This document shows positions 18,059 to 26,521 of a DNA stretch of 49,125 bases, piece by piece. This DNA is from an uncultured Roseivirgaceae bacterium. GTDB taxonomy: Bacteria; Bacteroidota; Bacteroidia; Cytophagales; Cyclobacteriaceae. Both the position numbers and the translations under genes were made by a program. The stretch lies in NCBI GenBank assembly GCA_964352725.1, contig CAYGTD010000001.1, forward strand, positions 1 through 49,125. The letters run 5' to 3'. Below the pieces are notes generated by a model, which saw nothing but the letters and a program-made list of their open reading frames with translations, searched no databases and was not told the origin of the DNA. Every line of letters begins with the position of its first letter. Position 1 is the first letter of the stretch.

Positions 18059-18637
18059 CTATTTCCCAACTTTAAATATTCTATATCCAAGAGACAGTTG
18101 TAAGGTTCTATTCTTGATCTCTGCAGCAAGCGCTTGATTGTCATTAACATCGTTTAATCCAACTATATATCGTACATTGGCTTGCAAACCAAAAGGAGCA
18201 TCCCAGCCAGCACCAAATGCAACAGACATATCTCCATTTTTAAAATCGTCCTTAGTAGTACCCGCAGCACCATCAACTGATGTTAACAAGCTAAACTGTG
18301 GTCCAGCTTGAATATTCAATCCAGCAGCTAAATAAAGCTTCACCATGATAGGAATATCTAGATAAACTTTTGTTTGTGTTGACAAATTTCCACCATTGAC
18401 AAATTCATTTTTCTGAGGAGAATAAAGTATCTCTGGTTGAATACCCAATTTGGTTAATTTAATTAAAGCATACAACCCACCATGAAATGTAGATTCAGAA
18501 TTCACAGTGATATTAGAGTTACTAATATCAGAAGTAGAAGAATTAAGACCACCCTTTAAACCTAGTTCAACTTTAGCTTGACTATAGCCAATCAATACAA
18601 TAAGCGAGAATGCAATTGTTAATAAAGATTTTTTCAT
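18059..18637 (-). CDS. Outer-membrane beta-barrel (PorT/porin-like family)
   Basis: Signal peptide; GLKGGLN; IQPEILYS; YLDIPIM; AGPQF; QLSLGYRIF. Confidence 0.88.
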   Translation of the reverse strand: MKKSLLTIAFSLIVLIGYSQAKVELGLKGGLNSSTSDISNSNITVNSESTFHGGLYALIKLTKLGIQPEILYSPQKNEFVNGGNLSTQTKVYLDIPIMVKLYLAAGLNIQAGPQFSLLTSVDGAAGTTKDDFKNGDMSVAFGAGWDAPFGLQANVRYIVGLNDVNDNQALAAEIKNRTLQLSLGYRIFKVGK

Positions 18638-18687
18638 TTTTGAGATATTTGTTTCAGTTAAGGTAATTAAAATAGGGAAATGGACAT

Positions 18688-18714
18688 AAAAAAAGAGTGA
18701 TAAATCACTCTTTT
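18688..18714 (-). terminator. Terminator directly after nqrE
   Basis: Minus strand AAAAGAGTGAT-TT-ATCACTCTTTT followed by TTT. Confidence 0.8.
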
Positions 18715-18736
18715 AGATATTTTAAATAGTTACAAA

Positions 18737-19348
18737 CTATAGCGCCACTCCAATGAAGGACTTAAAAGCCAAGCCCATTAAACCAGTAATAAGCATGGTA
18801 ATTCCCAAGCCTTTTAATCCATTTGGCACATGAGAGTACTTTAGACGTTCCCTGATAGCTGCAAGAGCAATAATAGCTAAGAAAAATCCAGTTCCTGAAC
18901 CAAATCCAAACGCAGTAGCCTCAACTATAGTATAATCTCTTTGTACCATAAATAGCGAGGATCCTAAAATAGCACAGTTAACAGCTATTAGTGGAAGAAA
19001 AATTCCGAGTGAACCATACAATGATGGTGAAAACTTCTCAATAATCATTTCAACCAATTGAACCATGGCAGCAATTACAGCTATGAAAATGATGAATTGT
19101 AAGAAAGTAAGATCTATTGATGCGAAATCAGCCCCTAACCATGAAAGTGCCCCTTCCTTTAGTACTTTTTCCTGAATTAGCCAATTGATTGGAACGGTAA
19201 TCGTCAAAACAAAGATCACTGCGAGACCAAGACCAAATGCCGTTTTTACTTTTTTAGATACTGCAAGGAAACTGCACATTCCTAAAAAATAGGTGAAGAT
19301 CATGTTGTCAATGAAAATCCCCTTTATAGCTATATTAATTGCTTCCAT
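18737..19348 (-). CDS. nqrE: Na+-NQR subunit E
   Basis: [14 protein letters not shown]; [16 protein letters not shown]; IRERLKYS. Confidence 0.95.
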   Translation of the reverse strand: MEAINIAIKGIFIDNMIFTYFLGMCSFLAVSKKVKTAFGLGLAVIFVLTITVPINWLIQEKVLKEGALSWLGADFASIDLTFLQFIIFIAVIAAMVQLVEMIIEKFSPSLYGSLGIFLPLIAVNCAILGSSLFMVQRDYTIVEATAFGFGSGTGFFLAIIALAAIRERLKYSHVPNGLKGLGITMLITGLMGLAFKSFIGVAL

Positions 19349-19362
19349 TTCTTTAGTAGTTT

Positions 19363-20076
19363 TTAGTGCTCTACGTAACCGTTCTTAGTTCGCTGTATCC
19401 ATATAATAATACCCAAAATCACAAATGCACCTATTGAATCAACAAAAAGTCCATTTGTTTGTAGGGTGGTTCCTAAAAGATTTCCGAGAGATCCATACAC
19501 ATCAAACTCTAGCGGAGTTCCAATGAATATTGTTCCACCTCCAAGTAGTTCTCTAAAGAAAGCAACCACTAAAATGATCCATGCATATCCAAAACCGCTT
19601 CCAAACCCATCAAGTATAGAATCGTATGGCTTATTTGCCATAGCAAAAGCCTCCAAACGACCCATTACGATACAATTGGTTATGATCAAGCCAACATAAG
19701 CTCCAAGAATCTTGTACATATCATAACTGTAAGCTTTCAAAACTTCACTTACTAATGTTACCAATGTAGCAATTATCGCTAGCTGAACTATAATCCTAAT
19801 TCTATTAGGAATTATTTTTCTCATCGTCGATGTGATGAGGTTTGAGAATACGATAACAAAGACCACAGCAATCGACATGATCATAGTGGGCTTGAATTGA
19901 ACAGTAACAGCTAGAGCTGAACATATACCCAAAACTTGTATTGTTATCGGATTGTCGTCATTTAACGGATCCGAAACTATTTTTTTTCTTCGCTTTGAAA
20001 ATAAAGGCTCTGATGGCTCTTTATTTATTAGCTCTACAGCCGATTCCTCTGAAATTTCTGCAATATCTGAACTCAT
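19363..20076 (-). CDS. nqrD: Na+-NQR subunit D
   Basis: [17 protein letters not shown]; [18 protein letters not shown]. Confidence 0.95.
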   Translation of the reverse strand: MSSDIAEISEESAVELINKEPSEPLFSKRRKKIVSDPLNDDNPITIQVLGICSALAVTVQFKPTMIMSIAVVFVIVFSNLITSTMRKIIPNRIRIIVQLAIIATLVTLVSEVLKAYSYDMYKILGAYVGLIITNCIVMGRLEAFAMANKPYDSILDGFGSGFGYAWIILVVAFFRELLGGGTIFIGTPLEFDVYGSLGNLLGTTLQTNGLFVDSIGAFVILGIIIWIQRTKNGYVEH

Positions 20077-20822
20077 AGACTTGCTATTTTATTAGATTTT
20101 CTTTTTTCGATGAAGGCTTTGTAGTAAGACAGGTAATTTTCAAGCATTGCATTAACGCCTTTGCCTGTAATTGTAGCTCCTGACATACCATCTACTTGAT
20201 GTTCAGTTAAACCAGCGTTACCCTCTCCTTTTACCATACTAATACTGACCAGCTCTTCTTGATCATTGTAAATTTTTTTTCCAACATATCTCTGTTGAAC
20301 AGTTGATTCTGTAATTCGAGCACCTAGTCCTGGTGTCTCTCCTTTGTGATCAAAAGCAATTCCCATCACAGTATTTAAATCTGGACCTAATGCTATAAAA
20401 CTAGATATCCAATCCCATAGTCCAGACCCAAAAGTTGGAAAAATATAGGAATCAACTGTTCCTGCTGATTCGCTAAACATGAAGACTGGATACATTCTTT
20501 CCTCTGGCGGAAATTTCGAATTCCTTTGAACATTAATTTCTTCAGCTATTATAGACTTGCCATCTTTTCCCTCCTTGATTTCATTACCATTTATGTCAAC
20601 TACAATAGAACTTACTTTTTCATCATATAAAGCTAACAACTCATTTGGATCTTCAATCTTAGAAATATCCATGACTGCTCCAAGAATTTTTTTCTTAGTA
20701 TCAATTTCAACTTGTTTGTCCTGCAAAGGCTTCAGCCCTACTGAGGTAAGGGATAGCGCACCTCCAAAAACCACTGTTAATCCAATGGCAAATAGAATTA
20801 CATATAAATTAGACTGTCGCAC
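20073..20822 (-). CDS. nqrC: Na+-NQR subunit C
   Basis: GSGLW; HKGETPGLGARI; FMN site VDGMSGATIT. Confidence 0.95.
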   Translation of the reverse strand: MRQSNLYVILFAIGLTVVFGGALSLTSVGLKPLQDKQVEIDTKKKILGAVMDISKIEDPNELLALYDEKVSSIVVDINGNEIKEGKDGKSIIAEEINVQRNSKFPPEERMYPVFMFSESAGTVDSYIFPTFGSGLWDWISSFIALGPDLNTVMGIAFDHKGETPGLGARITESTVQQRYVGKKIYNDQEELVSISMVKGEGNAGLTEHQVDGMSGATITGKGVNAMLENYLSYYKAFIEKRKSNKIASL

Positions 20823-21999
20823 GTTTTAATCTTCTTTTTTTGTTTGCTTCTACAACGTAAAAATCAATGAGTGGGGCAAATACATTCATAAACAATATTG
20901 CCAACATAATACCCTCAGGGTATGCAGGATTAATTACTCTGATTAAAACTGTAATTACCCCAATTAAAAAGCCATAAATCCATTTCCCAAATTCCGTATG
21001 AGATGCACTCACTGGATCAGTGGCCATGAATACAGCTCCAAATGCCAAGCCTCCAATCACTAAATGATAGTGTGCAGGTAAATCCATAAAACTGTTACCA
21101 CCTGCTAGATTAAATAGTCCTCCCATAGCTAACGTTCCAATAACTACACTCAGCATTATTTTCCAACTTCCTACACCAGTAGTAATCAAAATGAAAGCTC
21201 CAATTAAGCACATTAGTGTAGAAGTCTCTCCAATACTACCAGGTATGATTCCTATGAACATATTCCAGAAATCAAACATACCTGAATACCAATGATTACT
21301 GGCCAATTCCATCATATTTGTCCCATTGGATGCTGCTTCAGCACCGTATGCAAGAATAGTCGCCCCTGAGAAACCATCAACGGGTGTTTTATCACCGAAA
21401 TAGGTCCATACATTTCCAGAAATATCAGTGGGATATGCGAAATACAAGAATACCCTTGCAGTTAGTGCTACATTCAGAATATTCATCCCAGTGCCACCAA
21501 AAACTTCTTTTCCTATAATAACGGCGAAAACTGTAGCCAATGCCACTTGCCATAAAGGAATAGTTGCTGGCATTATTAGTGGTATCAACATTCCTGTAAC
21601 TAAGTATCCTTCTTCAATTGGACGATTGTATATCACACAAAAAGTGAATTCTGTTAACAATCCTACACCATATGAGACAACAACAATTGGAATCACTTTA
21701 AGAATTCCAATCCAAAACTTATCAAGGAGTGTAGCTTCTACACCAGTCGCTATAAAATGCTGATGACCTACATTCCACATACCAAATATCAAACATGGGA
21801 TCATAGCGATGATCACAGTGAACATCAACCTTTTAAGATCAGTAGCATCTTTGATCTGAGCGCCTTTCTTACCCGTTATTATATCTGGAGCAAAGAAAAT
21901 GGTTCTGTGTCCCTCATAGATGGTATGGAACTTTTCTAGTTTTCCTCCTTTTTCAAAAAGAGGTTTTATCTGATCGAATTTATTCTGTAAAAACTTCAT
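20809..21999 (-). CDS. nqrB: Na+-NQR subunit B
   Basis: DLKRLM; KEVFGGTGMN; FMN site DGFSGAT; FMATDPVS; NPAYPEG. Confidence 0.95.
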   Translation of the reverse strand: MKFLQNKFDQIKPLFEKGGKLEKFHTIYEGHRTIFFAPDIITGKKGAQIKDATDLKRLMFTVIIAMIPCLIFGMWNVGHQHFIATGVEATLLDKFWIGILKVIPIVVVSYGVGLLTEFTFCVIYNRPIEEGYLVTGMLIPLIMPATIPLWQVALATVFAVIIGKEVFGGTGMNILNVALTARVFLYFAYPTDISGNVWTYFGDKTPVDGFSGATILAYGAEAASNGTNMMELASNHWYSGMFDFWNMFIGIIPGSIGETSTLMCLIGAFILITTGVGSWKIMLSVVIGTLAMGGLFNLAGGNSFMDLPAHYHLVIGGLAFGAVFMATDPVSASHTEFGKWIYGFLIGVITVLIRVINPAYPEGIMLAILFMNVFAPLIDFYVVEANKKRRLKRATV

Positions 22000-22005
22000 T
22001 CCAGC

Positions 22006-23367
22006 TTATCCTTCTTTTATTAATTCAATTCCTTCCCTAAGTATTTCTTGAATTGGATTCTTAGAAACATCAATAAACTCGCATAGAGCGACATCCTCTT
22101 CAACCAACTCATAGATTCCTAATGCTTCCATATCATCATAATCTTCCGCAAGAATAGCTTTGAACAGATGCGTAGGTAGAATATCCATTGGTGTCACCTC
22201 TTCGAATGCACCAGAAATAACAAAATTTCTTTCTTCACCATGTGCATTTGTATCTACCATAAACTCTTTATTCTTGTTAAGGAAACTTAACATACCAAAG
22301 GCTTTATGATAACTCAATTTCTTTGTTGATGGTAATATCCATCCTAAAAATTCTTCGTATTTCCCTTCAGGAATAACAGTTACTTGATTATCATAGTACC
22401 CTATATAACCATCCTGCCCAATAGATTGACCAGACAACACATTTCCTGAAATAAATCTGTTCTCAATGTCTGAATTAGTTTCTACCAATTTGTTAATTGG
22501 AGCTCCTGCGTAAGATTTAATGTAAGATGGGTTTTTCGCTTCCGAACCTGTCACAGCTACTAATCGTGAGGTATCGTGAATACCCTCCAAAAATAACTTT
22601 CCTATTTGGGCAACTCCTACCGGATTTACAGTCCAAATAATATCTCCTTTCGATATTGGATCAATATGATGAATTTGAACTCCAACATTTCCCGCAGGGT
22701 GTGGACCAGAAATTTTGTTTAATTGAACATTTTTTGCTTGTGAAAACATCTGAGAGACCTCTGATTTTCCATCAATGTTTAAATGTAGAGTTCCAGAAGT
22801 GAATTTTTTAAGCACATCTATTCCAGCTTGAAAATTTTGTTCTTGGCCTTGCAATACGAATGTATAATCAGGAGCTAATGGACTAGAATCAAATGTGGAA
22901 ATAAATATTGATTTTGGAGTATCAGACGGATTTGCTACACATCCATATGGTCTCTGAATGATATTGAGCCACCCTCCTGATTTGGTTAATTGATTTATAG
23001 CGTCCTCTTTTGAAAGACTACTTAAATCTGAAACAGCATACTTCTTGAATCCTTCGAATTCAATTTCTTTATCTGCTAATATCTTAACCTCTAAAATTTT
23101 TCTTTTTTCTCCTCTTTTAATCTCCACTACCTCACCACTCACAGGAGATGTATACATTAGTACCTCATCATTGCGCTCATGGAATAATGGGGTTCCAGCT
23201 TTTACATTATCGCCTTCTTTTACTAACATCTTTGGTCTTGAAAGACCATTGAAATCAGTCGGTTTTACAGCAAACGTCTCAGGATGAGAGGTTTCAGTAA
23301 TTTTATTTTGTGCCTTACCGGCTAGGTTAATGTCAAACCCTTTTTTCAGCTTAATAGTCTGAGACAT
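22006..23367 (-). CDS. nqrA: Na+-NQR subunit A
   Basis: IKLKKGFDINLAG; GPHPAGNVG; ISGNVLSG; EEDVALCEF. Start ATG 23367 lies downstream of TAAGTTTG (23408-23401). Confidence 0.95.
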   Translation of the reverse strand: MSQTIKLKKGFDINLAGKAQNKITETSHPETFAVKPTDFNGLSRPKMLVKEGDNVKAGTPLFHERNDEVLMYTSPVSGEVVEIKRGEKRKILEVKILADKEIEFEGFKKYAVSDLSSLSKEDAINQLTKSGGWLNIIQRPYGCVANPSDTPKSIFISTFDSSPLAPDYTFVLQGQEQNFQAGIDVLKKFTSGTLHLNIDGKSEVSQMFSQAKNVQLNKISGPHPAGNVGVQIHHIDPISKGDIIWTVNPVGVAQIGKLFLEGIHDTSRLVAVTGSEAKNPSYIKSYAGAPINKLVETNSDIENRFISGNVLSGQSIGQDGYIGYYDNQVTVIPEGKYEEFLGWILPSTKKLSYHKAFGMLSFLNKNKEFMVDTNAHGEERNFVISGAFEEVTPMDILPTHLFKAILAEDYDDMEALGIYELVEEDVALCEFIDVSKNPIQEILREGIELIKEG

Positions 23368-23514
23368 GTTTCTATCTTGGAAATCTCTTAAAAAACGAGG
23401 CAAACTTACACAATATAGGATTTATCATAGGATAAAAACCAAATAAAAAACAATCAAATAACTATGTTTCAATAGTATTGTTTTATCTCTTCATTAAAGA
23501 GCTGAACTAGAGAG

Positions 23515-24405
23515 CTAAGCAGAAACAGTTTCTTTGTTTTTTAGGAAATCTGCTACTTGCTCCATGAGCCAAGTTGGTGTAGATGTAGCTCCACATATAC
23601 CAACAGAATCTTCAGGCTTAATCCAATCCATGTCTATTTCTTTTTCGCTTTCGACAAAGTAACTGCGCGAATTATAAGATAGACATACATTATATAACGC
23701 TTTTCCGTTGGAACTTTTTCTGCCAGCAACGAATAGAATAACATCGTGCTTTTGAGAAAACTTTTCCATATGCGGCTCTCTATTGGATACTTGCCTACAG
23801 ATACTATCATTTGCCCGAAAATCATCTGCTAATGAGAGCTGTCCGCTGTTAGATATTCTTTGCTCAATTAGGTCTTTCAAATGATAAAACCCTTTGGTAC
23901 TCTTTGTTGTCTGCGAAAAAAGGGTAATTGGTTTTGAGAAATCAATCTTCTCTAGATCCTCCTCACCAGTAACGATTATAGCTTCATTTCCAGTTTGGCC
24001 TGTAAGGCCAATCACTTCTGCATGACCTGGCTTTCCATAGATTACCAGCTGACCATTCTGACCCTTTGATTGATCATAGGCGTTCTTTACTCTATTCTGT
24101 AGCTTTAAGACTACCGGGCAAGAAGCGTCTACTAATTCGATATTGTTTTTTATGGCCAATTCGTACGTTTCAGGTGGTTCTCCGTGAGCTCTTATCAATA
24201 CTTTGCAATCACGTAAATCTTTCAATTCTTCTCTCGTGATCGTCCTCAGTCCCTTGTTGAAGAGACGCTCAACTTCCATGGAATTGTGCACTATATCTCC
24301 AAGACAATATAATTGCTGTCCCTCTGCCATTTCGTCCTCTGCCATTTGAATGGCAAACTCTACTCCAAAGCAATATCCTGAATTTTCGTCTATTTCAATT
24401 TTCAT
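23515..24405 (-). CDS. ispH: 4-hydroxy-3-methylbut-2-enyl diphosphate reductase
   Basis: SGYCFGV; IVHN; IRAHG; DASCPVV; SQTT; SICRQV; KSSN; GATSTP. Confidence 0.96.
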   Translation of the reverse strand: MKIEIDENSGYCFGVEFAIQMAEDEMAEGQQLYCLGDIVHNSMEVERLFNKGLRTITREELKDLRDCKVLIRAHGEPPETYELAIKNNIELVDASCPVVLKLQNRVKNAYDQSKGQNGQLVIYGKPGHAEVIGLTGQTGNEAIIVTGEEDLEKIDFSKPITLFSQTTKSTKGFYHLKDLIEQRISNSGQLSLADDFRANDSICRQVSNREPHMEKFSQKHDVILFVAGRKSSNGKALYNVCLSYNSRSYFVESEKEIDMDWIKPEDSVGICGATSTPTWLMEQVADFLKNKETVSA

Positions 24406-25060
24406 AAATAATCTCTTCAGCTAATTGAACAATTTTTTCTATCTGTTGATTCAAAGTCAAATAAGAAGTGTCTATTTCTATCGCATCGTTGGTTTGCATC
24501 AAAGGACTATCTGCTCTAGTAGAATCTATATGATCTCTTTCTTTTAGATTTTCAATGATCTCTTCTATATTTCCTTCAATGCCTTTCTTTTCCAATTCCT
24601 GTTTGCGTCTTTGAGCTCTTATCTGAACATCTGCCGTCATGAAAAGTTTCAATTCTGCCTTTGGAAATACTACGCTACCAATATCACGGCCATCCATCAC
24701 TACGCCTTTATCTTTTCCCATTGCTCGCTGTAATTCTACCAATTTTGATCGTACACTGGAAATGGCACTAACAGGACTCACATTTTGGTTGACTTCCATC
24801 GTGCGAAGTTCATCTTTTACTATTTCTCCGTTTAGAAATACAGTATGACCATCCAATCTAATATCACAATCTTTTAAACTATTAGTCACTTCTTTTTCTA
24901 TTTTGAAATCTATTCCATTCTTGATGAAGAAGTATGTGACGGCTCGATACATGGCTCCACTATCAATATATGTATAGTTCAATTTTGAAGCCACTTGTTT
25001 AGCTGTTGAACTTTTACCTGTTGCAGAGTAGCCATCAATAGCGATAATAATTTTTTTCAT
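24395..25060 (-). CDS. cmk: Cytidylate kinase
   Basis: IAIDGYSATGKSS; IDSGAMYRA; VMDGRDIG; RDHIDSTRADSPL; start ATG 25060. Confidence 0.96.
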   Translation of the reverse strand: MKKIIIAIDGYSATGKSSTAKQVASKLNYTYIDSGAMYRAVTYFFIKNGIDFKIEKEVTNSLKDCDIRLDGHTVFLNGEIVKDELRTMEVNQNVSPVSAISSVRSKLVELQRAMGKDKGVVMDGRDIGSVVFPKAELKLFMTADVQIRAQRRKQELEKKGIEGNIEEIIENLKERDHIDSTRADSPLMQTNDAIEIDTSYLTLNQQIEKIVQLAEEIIYEN

Positions 25061-25209
25061 CAACAATCTTTAATTGGACAAGGAATTGGTTTCCCGCGCT
25101 TAATTTTCTTTTTGTTCTTCTGATGATTAGAGGGACCTTTTCTACAGCCTTGCGAGCCAATGAGAATAAATCCTAAGAGCAGTATCGATATGTATCTAAT
25201 TATTCTCAA
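25060..25209 (-). CDS. Unannotated 49-aa cationic lipoprotein
   Basis: MRIIRYISILLLGFILIGSQG|CRKGPSNHQKNKKKIKRGKPIPCPIKDC*. The TTG start overlaps the fabD stop (TTGA) and the stop overlaps the cmk ATG (TGATG). SPII-like signal peptide. Confidence 0.8.
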   Translation of the reverse strand: MRIIRYISILLLGFILIGSQGCRKGPSNHQKNKKKIKRGKPIPCPIKDC

Positions 25210-26084
25210 GAGATACCTGATACAGACATTTCACGATCTACTTTTTTTACCAAGCCTTGAAGCACCTTGCCGGGTCCACATTCTGTGAAACTAGAAGCAC
25301 CATCAGCAATCATTGACTGCACGCATTGAGTCCATCTAACTGGCGAAGTAAGTTGAAGAACTAGGTTTTTCTTAATACTCTCAATATCTGAATAGCCTTT
25401 TGCATCTACATTTTGATAAACAGGGCATTTTGGCGTGCTGAAGTTGGTACTTTCAATGGCATGAGCCAATTCTTCTCTCGCTGGCTCCATTAATGGTGAA
25501 TGGAAAGCTCCGCCAACTGGTAATATTAATGCTCTTCTTGCTCCTGCTTCGGTTAACTTTTCACAAGCACTTTTTACGGCAGCAACTTCACCGCTGATCA
25601 CTAACTGTCCAGGACAATTATAATTAGCTGCAACTACCACACCTTCTATTTTGACACAAATATCCTCAACTACAGAATCCTCAAGACCCAAAACTGCAGC
25701 CATTGTAGATTCCTGAATTTCACATGCTTTTTGCATAGCCAATGCTCTTTTATAAACAAGCGAAAGACCATCATCAAAATTTAGTGTACCGTTTGCTACT
25801 AGAGCAGAGAACTCTCCCAGAGAATGGCCCGCCACCATATCTGGCTGAAAATTTTCTGATGTTAATGCTGCAACCACGCTGTGAATGAAGATAGCTGGTT
25901 GGGTTACTTTAGTTTGCTTTAGTTCTTCATCAGAACCTGTAAACATGATCTCCTTGATATTATATCCCAGAATATCATTTGACCGGTCGATAAGTTCTTT
26001 TGCTGAAGAATGATTTTCGTAAAGTTCCTTTCCCATTCCTGAGAATTGGGCTCCTTGACCCGGGAAAACATATGCTTTGCTCAT
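25206..26084 (-). CDS. fabD: Malonyl-CoA-ACP transacylase
   Basis: VFPGQGAQ; AGHSLGE; ANYNCPGQ; GAFHSPLM; ECGPGKVL; TACTTTTG -7 element at 26112-26105. Confidence 0.96.
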   Translation of the reverse strand: MSKAYVFPGQGAQFSGMGKELYENHSSAKELIDRSNDILGYNIKEIMFTGSDEELKQTKVTQPAIFIHSVVAALTSENFQPDMVAGHSLGEFSALVANGTLNFDDGLSLVYKRALAMQKACEIQESTMAAVLGLEDSVVEDICVKIEGVVVAANYNCPGQLVISGEVAAVKSACEKLTEAGARRALILPVGGAFHSPLMEPAREELAHAIESTNFSTPKCPVYQNVDAKGYSDIESIKKNLVLQLTSPVRWTQCVQSMIADGASSFTECGPGKVLQGLVKKVDREMSVSGIS

Positions 26085-26122
26085 AAATTCATTTTAACTA
26101 CTCACAAAAGTAGCCAAACCAA

Positions 26123-26521
26123 TCAATCAAGAAAGCGACTTTTCAATTCTTTGGATGGAATCATGCACTGATCCTTTTTCCCAAACCATTTATATCTATT
26201 CTTAGCGATAACATCGTAGACAAAATCTCTTACAGACATTGGAATAATAATAAAGATATATAGCATTGGCCATAGACCTGAAAGCTCTTTGGAAATAGTA
26301 AGTGCAGCTGCGCTCTTAACTTGAATATCTTCTCCTTTTTTATATACAATACTTTGAAGATTACCAGCATCAATTAATTCATATGGCAAGTTCTCCTTAG
26401 CGTATTTTGATTGAAGAGATGCGAAAGAAAACTTCTCCTTCTTATCTCTTTTGATGATAAACTGAATGGAAGAATTACACAGATTGCATAGTCCATCAAA
26501 AAAAATTACCGATTTTGTCAT
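26123..26521 (-). CDS. DCC-family (DUF393) thiol-disulfide oxidoreductase
   Basis: FFDGLCNLC; FASLQS; RDFVYDVIAKNRYKWFGKKDQC; ATGA overlap with the upstream gene. Confidence 0.9.
   Translation of the reverse strand: MTKSVIFFDGLCNLCNSSIQFIIKRDKKEKFSFASLQSKYAKENLPYELIDAGNLQSIVYKKGEDIQVKSAAALTISKELSGLWPMLYIFIIIPMSVRDFVYDVIAKNRYKWFGKKDQCMIPSKELKSRFLD

Noticed and set aside
25130-25150. Similarity of GCRKGP in the small lipoprotein to the CGxKGPL motif of LptM/YifL
   Set aside because: Too short and misaligned to claim homology without a profile search.
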